Position numbers and translations under genes: made by a program
In this document: piece by piece, positions 13,601 to 26,334 of the stretch
How positions within the stretch are numbered: position 1 is the stretch's first letter
Layout of the letters: every line of letters starts with the position of its first letter
Assembly: GCA_010093705.1 (NCBI GenBank)
Contig: MU006092.1
Location: 1,196,350 to 1,260,349, forward strand
DNA from: Patellaria atrata CBS 101060
Lineage: Eukaryota
Direction of reading: 5' to 3'
Length of the DNA: 64,000 bases
Notes under the pieces: model-generated
Told to the model about the DNA's origin: nothing
The model's input: only the letters and a program-made list of their open reading frames with translations
Database searches by the model: none

Positions 13601-13661
13601 GGTTGTTCTTCATTGCAGCTTCCACAGTTCGAGGACTCAACGGCACTCCTCCTTCCTCCAT
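10653..13661 (-). CDS. Large fungal protein: N-terminal WD40/beta-propeller-like region, long Pro/Ser/Arg-rich tail, C-terminal CaaX box
   Basis: Single 1002-codon ORF; repeated beta-strand-like segments (VAVDITDDGRILAIL, ITLSPDVLVAAAG, ITFSDDSRTFLAT); ends KEKKGAFKCVMM. Confidence 0.85.
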   Translation of the reverse strand: MEEGGVPLSPRTVEAAMKNNPSCHSESVDTSDAPERREQTRPISPSLASDSSEETPHTATSRFSFDRRRSAEETTRNLVHPHVKTTIIDLLSESATSSALPESYGLAISRKGGNIVIFSSTYIYIVNGPELPVVSLRLLQTDRRPVAVDITDDGRILAILTDPHSLDVYDLKSDERGKITKRPTIALENECTTITLSPDVLVAAAGYPHGVEIVSLADDAKEPAKRHVLCPRPDKITFSDDSRTFLATNAARNMQSSALISVHEVDRDIFTEDWERFVQATDKAWTSHVLFPQELRSVSQACMLPDPTTSQIGELFAWNQLEDSWGVFETVKERFQEDKDFVPIETVPTRENRPFLENVIPCVSTRCYHAAVAVKSDSGNGTDIILYRLPDDWENGSGTYSETDANHAGLLPRHACSQLHIDLDPLCTSQEITTMNWVSYGSEGQEHGLDRLVVLGNAVWHAAEDETAQPVSIRVSARLVIFDFDFTSEESREPTQKVLIPLDQYHPGEKLPTERLGFEQEVELLRRRTVAQRNREMIRRSSPQEQRTNARTLSSTSLVRAMTFVPRRSAAAPRAPADEDPLTSDEAQAALEEPYVQGAPRPVASLARAATVAASAPANRRHLLSLPDRPLEYRRADGLREIPHESDADNWVAPPPPYTPNPNAPGAPNAAHTYESFPQLPEPARWYIPDILVRNSTSSHPTQGVIPPHATRVPESPPPPITAPDSRARLQRIRPGEDPLPILANPRVPQTPRYSLRNGFGEHDAPFFGTRPAQPSIPSTSTATQSSSSPGTPLDYRTADEVLRELQSSLTFPQGSIRYRRPSSPAPPPPPERGLAGIWSNVRASLSTGSLEIPGWAPRRRSQSVDQTVAPMPSGERTSASTPSGDRPSSGVHNRERPSRRTPGGDRPSRATPAGERAGRRAPSSDRFAPRNSRDRTRLRRSRNTHMGVSRLDTIRSVGTMSSQERRNMIRSSAHLPLDPLLETQQSGNGKEKKGAFKCVMM

Positions 13662-15666
13662 CTCGCATGCGGTTTCTTGTTTTCAGTTGTGGGGCGCGGG
13701 TGGAGAGGTGGGTGGAGAGAGTTGGTTGAGCTACGAAAGTTCGGCTGAGGTGACCATGGTAGAACTACGCGAAGGAAAGTTTTGCCAAGAACGGGTAGAA
13801 GAAAACAACAACAATGTGAAGGTCGGGTAACAAACGGGTAAAGAAGCTCTGTTGTAAAGCACGTTGCCGTTCGAGACTTTGACGTTGTTCTCCTTTCGTG
13901 TTCAGGGCACGGTAAGGTAGATCTTACAACCCCCACACCGAGGGATGGAGAGAGCCGTCGCTTCAGCATAAGGCGGACGCGAGTCTCGTTATTAATAGCT
14001 ACTTATCGGTATTACCTGCATAACTGTAGGGCCGCTACAGAGAACGATAGGCTGGGCATATAAATGGGACATCGCCGCATATCGTTCTCTCATCGATTTA
14101 GATGATTTAAGCAAAGAATGAACAATTCTACAGACATCCCAATTTCCCTAGTTCTATAGGTCAATCTATTTCTCTCCGAGTGCCCTCTCTGCTTCATCAA
14201 GTTACACCAATTGTGTATGCCTTATACCCATGTACCATGCTGACAGTGCAGGGCGGTAGACGAGCAGTCCAAGGGTAGTAATTTACGAACATCAACAGAC
14301 TACCTTGCCAGGTATTGTAACCGGGAGTAGGACTTTCCCCGGATTGAAAGAGTAGCCTCGATTCCCATATCTTTACTTCTGCATATCTCAGATGCGCAGC
14401 AGGGTAGAAGTATATCGCACTGCCAAAACTGAGCACTATAGGCCGAGTCTATTTAGAGTACCACCACCAGTATCTCTATGATCATACTCAGTACGCTTGA
14501 ACCGGTTTCCAACCTAACCCGAATCCTCATACGATCCTCCAGTTCCCTCTCCAGAGCCTAGCTCTGCAGCCGAAGAACGAATGCGAAAATAATCGAGAGT
14601 TCGCGTAGGTCGGAAGATGTTGAGAACAGCTTTCGGAACCATACAGATATCATTCACCCACAGAGACAAGCAGTGGATGTCGAGGATTGGAATCTACAAA
14701 ATGCAACGACAAGAGAGGGACTTTGTGCTATCATCAAGAACACACAGAAGATGTTCTTTCCAAAGAAGCACTTCACAGTAACGCCACTCTTCGAAAGTAG
14801 CGTAATCAGGCAACGTATCCAACGCACATACTGGGTTCTATGGAGCATATCAGACGCGGACACTATCATATTACTCTTGGGCGCTATAAAGTTTCAACTC
14901 GAGTATCTGAATGCGAAAGCTGAAGGAGGAGGTATAAGCAGAGGACAGAAGACAGAAGTCATATCTATATCATGGTGAGTGAGGTAGGCATTGGGAATAG
15001 AGACTCGGTCTCAATTATGAACAGAGCGAAACCAAACTTTCCCATAACACACATATAATTGTTTTTCCAATTATTCTTAAGATGTATTTCAAAGGAATAG
15101 AATAATCTTTACTCATCATTTTCTAGTTTCTATATTCCTCAGGTAAATTTTGTCATTCGCTGCTGGTATAATTTGGTACATGACTCGCGCGTCAACGCGA
15201 CTCCTTTCGCGTTCGCGTCTTCACGCCTTTCCATCCCATCAAACGACACTTCACTTTCACCCGAAGATCAGAATTTCATATCGTACATGGATCGTCGAGA
15301 TTTTTCAACGAGATCTAAGATAATTGCATCAAATGCTCATTTTCCATCTGTCAATTAAAAGACCAAAAAAATTCTTGCCTTTAAAACGATCGTTTAGCTG
15401 TATCAACGTCCTACACTTTCGCTAACTAAGAGAATTTGATTTACTTGGACTAAACGATAACTGGGTTGATATATGGCAGTCATTATGGATAGACCTAGAA
15501 GGTTCAAAATTCCTCTAGGCTCCATTCCAACCCATATAAACCAAGTCCGTGCAGTCTCATACAGAAACATAGGTAGCTCACACCAAGGAGTTGTTTTCCG
15601 CACCGAAGAGATGGACGCTTTTATTTCTGAATTTCTTGAATCAAGTTCAGTCAGATTTCTTTAATC

Positions 15667-18576
15667 TCAAACACCCTTCCAAGTGAATTCCCCCTCTACC
15701 TCAAACTCAAGCTCTCCCACGACATCCACACTACTCTTTGCAACCAGCGCTTTATACGTTCCCTTCTCCGCCCTCCACGCATCGAGCCCCTCGTCCCAGT
15801 AACTCACTGCATACTTATCAAGCATAATCTTTGCATCTATCACTGCCCCGGGCTTAACCTCTACTTTTGTGAACCCCTTCAGTTCCTTTACGGGTCTCTT
15901 GCTTCCAGAGACACTTTCCTTGACCTGATGCGCCGGCGGTACCACATAAATCTGCACGATCTCCTTCCCGACCAGATTTCCTATATTTTTAACCTCAACA
16001 GATATCGTCAAAATACCTTTCTCTCCTCCTATCCTACTCTCTCCAACGAACCCAAACTCCACATACTCAAATCGGGTGTAACTCAATCCGTACCCAAACG
16101 GCCACCTAGCTTTCCTTACACCATCCCGATCAAAATGCCTATATCCCACATCCCTCCCCTCCACATACCTCAACACGCCATCCCCTCCCACCGGAAAGTT
16201 CCCAAACGACGGATTATCCTCGATCCTGCACGGGAAACTCTGTGCCAACTTCCCACTAGGGCAAATCTCACCGGTAAGGACTTTAGCCACCGCATGTCCG
16301 GCCTCTTGCCCGGGATACCACGCCTGAATCACTGCCTTCACGTTCCCCATTTCAGCCCAGGGCATCTCGACCGCACTCCCCGAAAAATTAACCACGATCA
16401 CGTTCTCGTTTGCCCTTGCTACCGCAGCTATCAATGCATTTTGGTGGCTCGGCAACGCCATACCCTCTTGGTCTGCACCTTCGCTCTCGAAATCCGCGTC
16501 TTTGCCTACGAAGACGAGGGCGATAGGATACTGTGAGGCTAAGGTGGCGGCAGCGGAGGTGAGAGAGGGGATGGAGTAAGCTTCGTGGAAGCGGAGGGAG
16601 GTGCCTTCGAGGAGGGGCATGGGGCCCAGTTGGGAGGTTGTGAGGGTCGAAAGAGCTTCTTTGGAGGCTCCACGGGATATGAGGGTTATGGTGTAGGGTT
16701 GATCAGCGATCATGGGGTAAGTGGTGTGACGCTGCAAGTGAGGCTTTTGGAACATGTCTGGCGTGGGTTAGATAGGGTCGGCGTGATGTGAGAACTGAAA
16801 AGGGGAAGGAGGGAAAGGAATGGACATACAGCTCTCAAAGATCAGATCCATCTCTTGCTCCCGCATTAATACGAGTTGGCCATCCACATACACCTCCGCC
16901 GCTCCCGTGCTCACAACACCTAATAAATGCTCCCCCGTTGTCTGCGGGGTGATCACAAACTTCATCCTCGTACAGTAATCCACTAAGTTCAGATCTACCG
17001 GCCACTTCTCCTTGATAATGTACTCCGGTCTCTTCAACCAGTTTGTCCTCATCAATTTCTCCCCTGCTGTCGTCGAATTGAACCACTCGCACCTCACCAG
17101 CCCCTCCACCTCAGTCTCTACTCCATCAACAGCGCTCACAACATCCACCTCCGGTAATGGGAGCGCATTATACACCGGCACCCCGGGATGATATTCAAAC
17201 TCCACCTCCGCCCCCCACAGCCCCTGCAACGGCGTCACGCCTCTCATCGGATACGTCATCCTTGCACTACCACCGCCAGACATGTTCGTAGAGTCAGCGT
17301 GTTGGCCTATCACAGCTACCTTAACCCCTTTTTTGAGAGGGAGAATGGAGTCAGTGTTTTTGAGCAGTACCATGCCGTCAGCGGCGGCTTGGCAGATGAG
17401 CGCGTCCCGGATCGGGGATTCTGCAGCGGTTTCGGGAGCTTCGGTTGGGGAGGAGAATTTGTTGGCTTTGTAGAGGAGAGTCAGGATGCGTTTGGTGGAA
17501 GCGTCGATGGTCACTTGTGGGACTTGACCGGTTTTTACGGCTTCTACGAGCTTAGGGCCTCGTTGGACGTATGGGCCGGGCTATTGCAGGTGATCAATAC
17601 AGTATAGCGAGAGTCGATTCTTCTGGGGAGTGAAGTCTAATTTGAGAACATATGATGAATACAGGGGCTCACCATTTCGAGGTCCATCCCGGCAATGATA
17701 GGTTCGGTAGTGGAGTACGTACCTAGCCAGTCGGACATAATGAGGCCTTTGAAGCCCCATTCATCTCGCAGTATGTCGGTGAGTAGACGTTTATTGGCAC
17801 CAGTAGGTTTTCCCTGAACGTAGTTATAACTTAAGGACCATGTCAGTTACCGTTACTAAAGTTGCACCGAGGTTCACACCTCGACATAAAACACCACGGA
17901 TCACTTTCTTTCATAATAATCTGAAAAGGGTACAAGTATATTTCACGCAACGCGGTCTCGCTAACGTCCACATTAAGCGTTCGGCGTTTATTTTCGGCTT
18001 CATTAGCCACAAAATGTTTAGGACAAGCGCCTGTCCCCCGAGACAGGAGTCCTTGATACCTGTCAGGGGAGGCCAAAAAGAAGCATCTATCAGCTTACCA
18101 TTCACACATGCCGCTCCCAGCTTTCCAATGAGAAAGGGGTCCTCTCCATAAGTCTCAAAATTACGACCACCAAGGGGCGATCTCACGATATTCACCGTGG
18201 GAGCAAGAAGTATATCCGCAGACTTGGATTTGGTTTCTTCTGCAAGTTCTTGTCCGATCCGGTAGATGAGTTCGGTGTCGAATGTGCATCCTAGATTTGA
18301 TTCTGCGGGAAAGCATGCTGCTTTGACTCCAGAGACGTAGCTCTCTCCTCTTGCGCCATTTGGGCCATCGCTTACCTGCTTTGCTTTAGAGGGTGTAATT
18401 AGGCTTGTAGTGAGGAGACTTACCTTGAGCTTGGGTATGAACACACCATCTCGTTGAATACCCACAGTTCTCCACCAATCTGCTCCAGCTAATAGGCTTA
18501 CCTTCTCCTCGAGAGTGAGCTTCGGGAGTAGTTCCTCAACATTAGGAGCAGCTGAAGCTGGGCCTGAGATAGACAT
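15667..18576 (-). CDS. Glycoside hydrolase family 3 beta-glucosidase, probably intracellular, with PA14-like insert and C-terminal Fn3-like domain (multi-exon)
   Basis: LTLEEKVSLLAG, SDGPNGARG, RSPLGGRNFETYGEDP, KHFVANE, nucleophile motif GLIMSDW (~17730-17750), QAWYPGQE, PFGYGLSYT, RPVKELKGF; no N-terminal hydrophobic signal peptide. Confidence 0.93.
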
Positions 18577-20365
18577 ATTATGGCAAACAAGAGACCGGAG
18601 ATATCTGACCTCAAGAAAGTGAGAATAATAAATATTTCAGCTTATATTATCGATTCGCTTAGGACTACACAACGAAGCAAACTCGTGACATATGAGGAAC
18701 ACATAATCGTGCACGCTGGCCTGTTTCCACCTAAAGTTACACTGTAGTGAGGTGCACATCGAATTGAATTTAGCAAACCTTTTATTGGTGCCCACGGAAC
18801 AAGCGTGGGGGTAGTCATGTCACGTTTGAAGCTGCCTTGCGGTACAATGCGTTGGTGTTCGGTCTAGTTGCATTTTTCACTTTTGGATGCTCTCCTTTGG
18901 CGAATGAATTTCCAGGCCATTGGTTTTACCATTGTCGGCCGACTGATATTTGCATTGCTGGCTTTGAATCAAGTCTGGGAAACAGGTCTATACTCAATAC
19001 GCGCCCAAAGAATAGAAATCTACAAGAAATAGAACACGGTACGGACTCTAGAGATGATCGATGATGATGGAAAGTAAAGATGAAAGGATTTAGAATGTTC
19101 GCTAGTATCACGTGATGCACTAGAAGTAGAATTGGTCCTAACGGTCAAAAGGATTTTCCGGAGCTTCTAAAAAAGACGACAGGGCAAAGGTGTTGCCTTT
19201 TTCACTGAACATCTTAAAATTCAAGAATCTTGTTCCACGAGCGCAGATATCGTCGTCTTGCAACCCATCTTAGGTGTATGTTCCTAGATATAACTTTTAC
19301 TCGGTCGAATGCAAAACATCTCCAATTAGGTTCTATAGTACGTCTACCCGAAGTCTTGGAATCTTGGATCTATAAAGTACCGGTCGATCTCATATTACCC
19401 GGTCTGTTGCACAGTGAGGAATAAAATCCTTCCATCTTTAACCGGACCGTTATCCCGTAAAGCTTCACCGTTTCGGTGTTCCACGCCGCAAGAGACGGTT
19501 GTGCCGTTGTTCTAGTAGTCGGACCTTCCCCAGTCTTGAAGATCTTCATGTTTAACTGGTTGTTTCTTTCACTACTTCTGTTCTACGAAGTATAGGCGGT
19601 CACACTTCCCTTTCCACCTTGTCTTTCTCTACCTTCGTCTACAACCATGGCTTGTTTACAGTAACAAACGTTTTCAGGTTCTCAACTCGTGTTGTTTAGA
19701 CGTGCTAGCCCGATGGGGCAGGCACCGAAGGTGTCAGACGGAGCTTGAGCTTTGCAGGGACATGTTGCATCTTCATCCCCAGGTGTGCTAGATTCCTTGC
19801 CCCGCTTCTCAAAGTACTGCCGAGCAGTGGTCCCTGTTCATCGTCTCTTTTTGCATTGTATGAGGCATTACGTCCAGTATCACGGATACCCTCCTGGTTA
19901 CCAATACACTGGTTGTTCCTCTTTTGCCCTGTCTGGAAATTTGGAATGTATACTTATCAAAGATTTTCTGTTCCTTATTACAAAAGTCCAACTGTCTATC
20001 AAAGTAATAAATATCAAGATTATCATTTACACTTCCCAAGACAACAATCCGTTCACGTTTTTCTATAAAGGCGTAAGAATATTATGTGTGTGCAATGGCG
20101 TCCTGCAGGGTGCCGTGTAAGTAACCGTATTTAACGGTCGATCCTCGCCTTTTGCCGCAACCAGTAAGCGCCACGAATGGCGATGATTCCTGATATTAAA
20201 AATTTAAGGTTACTGTCTTGGTTCATGGACCCGACCATTCTAACATCCACCCCACAGCTTGATAATAAATTATGAGGGGCGCCCGGTCTCCAGGTCTTGC
20301 TACCCCAGACTTCAGGTCCAAATCCTCTGTCGACTTCTTTTCAAAGGTCAAAATCTACTGTGAAA

Positions 20366-22240
20366 ATGGTCGGTGGCGGCAATATTCTCAACCAAGATGG
20401 CGCGGCCGATCCCATCATCACGCGCATGGTGGATGAGGATACCGTTCCGTGGTGGAAGAAGAAGAATCTGAGATGGCTGTATCTCATGTTGTTCCCTACC
20501 TGTATGGGTATCGAAATGACCTCTGGTTTCGACTCCCAGATTATCAACGCCGTACAATTGATTCCTCCCTGGCAGACTTGTAGGTCATCAAAGAGATCGA
20601 AATCGATTAGAGGAGATATTAACATGATATCTTAGATTTCGGCACTCCTGGTGGCTCTCTCAAAGGTATCATCAGTGCTAGCTACAATCTCGGAGCCATT
20701 TGCGCGCTTCCATTCATCCCTCTCATCAATGACCGATTTGGAAGAAGATGGTGTATCATGTTTGGTTCCTTGGTTATGGTCCTGGGAGCCTTCCTCCAGG
20801 GTTTCTCTAACGGTGGTAAGTAAGCATATCAAAGTTTACAAAGGCAGTTCCTGACGAGTATTATAGTTGGAATGTACATTGTCGCTCGTCTGTTACTCGG
20901 TTTCGGTATCCCCTTCTGTATCATTGCAGGTTCTTGCATGATCGGTGAGATCGCGTATCCTAAGGAGCGTCCCATTCTTACCTCCCTATTCAACGCATCA
21001 TGGTTCATTGGTTCCATTATTGCTGCTGGTATTGCCTTTGGAACGCAGAAGATTCAATCGGACTGGGCTTGGAGAATTCCGTCCTTGTTACAGATTGCTC
21101 CCTCCGCGATCCAGATCATTCTTGTCTTGTACGTTGTGTTTATTGTAGGAGACTTAGAGAATCTCACTGACACCTCAAAGCTTCATTCCTGAAAGCCCTC
21201 GTTTCCTTGTCAGTAAAGACAAGCATGAGGAAGCTCTTGCGATCCTAATCAAGTATCATGCAGAAGGTGATGAGAGCTCTGAGTTCGCGCGCGCTGAATA
21301 CGCTCAAATCAAGACCACCATCGAGCTTGACCTCGAGTTGTCGAAGCGCTCATGGATGGACATGCTCAGCACATCTGGTATGCGCAAGCGAGTCTTGATC
21401 GCTACATTCCTGGGTCTCTTTACCCAATGGTCCGGAAATACTTTGATCTCGTAAGCTTGCAGAGGACTCTATAATTTTAGCCATATGTTTTTAACCGAAA
21501 ATTTAGATATTATCTCAACGACTTGCTCACTCTCATTGGTTACACCGATCCGAATGTCAAGGGTAAGATCAACGTCGGAAATACCTGCTGGAGTTTGGTC
21601 AACGGTGTCACCATTGCTCTTTTGGTCCGGAGATTCAGACGCCGAAGCATGTACTTGACCTGTACCTTCGCGTTGCTTTCCGTCTACATCGGTTGGACCA
21701 TTTCCACGGAGCGCTTCCTCGCCACCGGCGACAGTGGCGTCGCGAAGCTCGTCATTTTCTGGATCTTCGCGTACTCCCCTGCCTACAATATCGGTTATAA
21801 TGCTTTAACTTACAGTATTTCATCCCCATTTTTCCCCTCCTAGTATTTAACGGTGTCCACTAACTCTTTCCCCAGCCTACATGGTCGAACTCTTCCCGTA
21901 TGCCACTCGTGCCCGCGGCATTGCCATCTTCCAATTCTTCGGCCGCGGCGCTGGGTTCTTTACCACCTTCGTCAACCCCATCGGTCTCGAAGCCATCAAG
22001 TGGAAGTGGCTGCTCACCTACGTATGCTGGCTCGCCTTTGAGATCGTCGTCGTCTTTTTCCTCTTCCCTGAGACTAGTGGCAGGACGCTTGAGGAATTGG
22101 CGTTCTTGTTCGAGGATAAAGCGCTCGCGGAACAGGCGACTATGGCGGTTGAGAAGCAGATTCATGGGGGTGAGGAGGTTGTGGAGAAGGATGGGGAGAC
22201 GAGGGTTGAAGTTGCGGCGGAACCTAAGAGAATGGTTTAA
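20366..22240 (+). CDS. MFS sugar porter, lactose permease / cellodextrin transporter-like (multi-exon)
   Basis: SGFDSQIIN, DRFGRRW, ARLLLGFG, EIAYPKER, WAWRIPSLLQ, PESPR, QWSGN, ELFPYATRARG, FPETSGRTLEEL; several GT-AG introns. Confidence 0.92.
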
Positions 22241-24591
22241 GGGAGCTTTCTCATCCCTTCCCGTTCCGTTCAAATTGAGATGTCAGCGACTTCTGGGTCT
22301 ATATCACAATGATAGGAAATACCAGAACCTTAAGAGACCTACATTCCATCGCTTCTCTCCAATATTATTCCATACGTCATGACGTAAAAGAAAACCAGAA
22401 TAAGTTATAATGACATACTATAGTGTCAACTAACCTGCCGCTGCCGTCGCCTCTACCGCTTATTATGGGTGTTATGTCGTACGAGCCTTTGACCGTTTAG
22501 GGGCTAGAGAAATAGTTTATTCGATTGACCATAATTCAAACATCTCTAATAGTTGCTGACTTATATGTTTGATTAGGACGCATGATATAAGTGTTTGAAG
22601 CTCGTTAAGGTATTAATCTATGGAATTAGTACCCTTGTCTTTAGACCAAAAGCGGACGAAAGTATGAAAGGGGTAAGGGAAGTAAAAATTAAGTGTACAT
22701 CTTATTTGAGGAGGTAGAGTAGAATTCTATTCAACGCTCTTAGAGGATATAAGTCTTCAGGAATTTGCCACAGCCTTTCGATTTCTCCGCTAAGGTTGGG
22801 TTCGTATTGTATAATAGTCCTAAGACATCCGTGGGTCAGCCACTCAAGTATGCTTAATTAGCAGTATAAGTCAACCAACCATCTTACTTTGAACACACTA
22901 ATCGATCGGGCATATGACTGCTTCATACGGGTGTTCAATATTCATTCTTATTGCGATATGACACTACGCCTGACTGGCACAAACCAAAGTAGAAGCAAGA
23001 AAGGTAACAACTCCCTCATTGCAACCCTCAACCCAGCAACACCTACCGTTCAATACAATCAGCCACGTACGATCTCTAGACTCATGCCCACGTTGGACTC
23101 TTACCCGAAGCACCCAGCCTCTCCATGCAACATGACATACCACGCTATCGATTTGCAGGAAGTCAGGCACGACGGTGATGCCCCGCCCCAAAATCCCCAG
23201 TCGTTGGCGAATGATCTTGAAACACGAAGCCCGCAGCATTTCTATCCGCAGAACTCGCGCTCCGGTCAGCAAGTAAAACGCAATTCCGAAAACAGGAACC
23301 ATATCCAACGAGCTGTAAGCCATCGAAAGTCTGTACGACTTGCAGACCGAAACTTCATGAAGGTAACTTTTCATCCGAAAGCCTCCTCCCTTCTCGTCAA
23401 ATCGAGGATAAGGACCCTAGTTAGGTTGAAGACACCACCACAACACGAAATCATCTCTGCGGGATACGAACTTCGACACGGCATGTGATGACCAATAGAT
23501 CACGGCCTTTCGCGTGGTGACGTAAGGCTTTGCTCTTCTGCCTAACCCTTTGCATACGCGCCCTTGATTCAGGAGTAAGGCATCTAAGTTGGTTTACTGG
23601 AAGCTTACAATTGGGATTGGAGTTTCCCGGCTGGAGACTATGTGGTGGTACATGTAGAATGTGCGAGCGTTTGAAAGGGCAGTTATCGAATGTCCTACCT
23701 GAGATGTAGACGTATTCTTCGAGGTGGTGTAATGACACAAAAGGGGCAGGATGGTTCGAGTGAGTACGGTTAACTACTGAAGATTAGATTAGGAATTATC
23801 AACTGATTTACGGTTTGATGTGTCAGTTGACAGGAATACGGGGGTATATGATGGACATGGTGTAACTGAGCATGAGCAGTCTTGTAGCAAACTATCTCAT
23901 CTCTTTGAATTGCTCGATAAAAGAAAAACTAAACTTCAACCCAATAAGCAATACGGTACGCCCCGCCCATTTGTATCCCAAACCATATGGCTCCAAAAGT
24001 TTCTTGGCACCGCTTTAGAGTTCCAAAGCAGTAGAAAATAGCGACACAAACTATATCTTACATTATATGAGATTAAGAGCAACTTATTCGCAGGATAGCG
24101 TGCAATCCTAACCGTGGCTTCGATCTAAAACTCCGATTTGTAGAATGATAGTACAAAGGTCCAAATAATTAGGTTACAATACAGACCACACAGGAACAGA
24201 AAAGGCCAGAATAAACCAACGATTGATATACCCCGAGAAATAGTACATGAATAGAAATCCAAGGATAACAAATATATGAACCGCAAGGTAGGAATATTCA
24301 AAACACTTGAGAAAGGGATGAAGGGCGTAGAAACGCGAGAAAGAGATACGGGCAATTCGTAAAGAGAGAGTATATCCCCAAGGATTGTGACCTGCTTTAC
24401 ATAGCTAAATAGAGACGCACATGAAATCTGGGCCTCTATGGAACTGTACAGTCTGTATAGCAAGATTGATGCTCTTGTTCATATTCTCGTATAGAGGAAC
24501 GACTAGGGTAAAGGAAGGTAGCTTGAAACAGTCTTTTGTTCTTACTGGAATGAGAGATAGTTCTGTGATTTGACGCGGTTTACGAATGTGC

Positions 24592-25782
24592 TCAGCCAAG
24601 AAACCTTACCTGGAAGCGTCTCTGAGGGAATTTTATGCAGAGGGGCTCCTGGTAATTGCTCTCTGTGGAGAGAAATTTCTGATGAACCAGTGTAAGTCTT
24701 CCTAGAATAAGAATTGGCAGACGAATTAGTTTCCTTTTCGGCAAAAGTAGCTGAGGTACTATGAGACCGTGGTCTCTTGCTACTTGGCTTACAGCCCTAT
24801 CCGCTTGAGAGTTTCTTGTTGCTTTTGTGGGAGTGACCGTAGGTGTGGGTGAGGAAATGGATGCTGGCTTATTTGGGGGAGGGGTCGCTGTTTCGGATGT
24901 AGGAGAAGTCGCTAGTGCCACTGGAAGAGGTGATGCAGACTCATTTGAGGCAAACACCACCAACTAAGATGTGGGAGAGGATACTGACAGAAACACAGGA
25001 GGGATCATGGGGCGATTCGTGGAAGAGAGTACTGGTTTTGGTTTGAGAGAAGTCCACGGTGGAATTTCGGAAGAACCAGCAGCGTCAGGCTTCTTTTCAA
25101 TATATTTGTCTTGCTCATATCTGCCTTGATCGAGCTTTCGTTCGAGTTCAGATTTTGCGATGAACATTGGTTCCATGATCTGGTGCACGGCTCCAAGTTA
25201 CTCCACTAGATGCTCTAATTACGCGAAGACGTGAACGGTTTCGGAACATCCATCGTGTATACACGCGTGTTTGAGGTCCTCGTAACCGTTGATGCCAATG
25301 TCAACCACCAGCCAATGCTCGTGGAGGAGATGATTTCGGAAATCGTTGCGGTTGACAAGTCTTGCTGAACTCTACTTTATTAGGTAATCACGGCAATAGT
25401 AAACGAATCTTCTCGCAAATAGTTCCCATCGTTCTGTCTTCGCGCGAAGTCGGCGAATCTTTACGAGCTCGTAACCGCAACTTAGGAGGTCCTTATGAAC
25501 ATCTTCCTCACTTAAATATTTGGTAGCAGCATCTACTATCTTGCTCTTGGTGTCGGATCTACTATGCGAAGGTTTCCACTCATCAAGTTCGACATTACTC
25601 AAAGTAGAGGAGTTGAATCGGTGATATTTAGTGGGAGGACGGGCGTTATCATAGTGTCGCATGACTGAGCCCGCATGCTCTTCCGTCTCTACGGCTGAAT
25701 CGACTGTGTCTTTGAAAGAACCCAACATATTGTTGAGGTGTCTCCCCCATGGATGTTTTGATTCTTTAACCTCCTTATCCAT
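24592..25782 (-). pseudogene. Decayed hypothetical protein gene in one frame with four internal stops
   Basis: ORF-track pieces 25372-25782, 24964-25188 and 24592-24963 share one frame, separated by TAG (25372), TAA (~25219), TAA (~25198) and TAG (24964); Ser/Pro/Thr-rich C-terminal part. Confidence 0.55.
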
Positions 25783-26334
25783 GGAACCTGTTCCGATAGA
25801 GAGGAGAAGATTTAGAGAGAGCTTATGCCTCTAGACAACCTCCGAGAAGAAGCTTATAAGAGAAAAACAACCGGGGGCGGGAGAAGTTGCTCTGGCGATT
25901 TTCCAAATGGACTGAGCATGACCTTTACCAGGATTCCGGTGGAGTGATTTTCGGCTTTTGTGTATATAAGAAGGGTAAGGGTGATCATAGGTTCGGAAAA
26001 TATAATGGCATTTCTTAACTCCATTATTTCCGTGGGAAATAACGATACTTAAAGTACAGAGAACATTAGCGTTGGTTACTTGAAGACAATTATTCCGGCC
26101 CTATAGTGGTACTCCGGAATTACTATACGCATACTTCAAGAAGATTTCTGATTTAAGCGAAAAAGACTCTCATGGTGGATACCCCTTCATAATTGGATTT
26201 GATGGTCCTTCTCAAAGTGCAGAGCAAGTGTATAACGGTGGAGGAGTACCAAGAGTGAAACGGAGGAGAAAGGAACGTAAAGTAGAGGTACTCACGTTCT
26301 TGTCCGAGCATCGTCGCTCTGAAATAAAATAACT

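Noticed and set aside
15928..18151. Plus-strand ORFs overlapping the GH3 gene
   Set aside because: Antisense shadows of coding exons
22889..23738. 199-aa and 136-aa overlapping ORFs
   Set aside because: No recognisable domain or consistent exon structure
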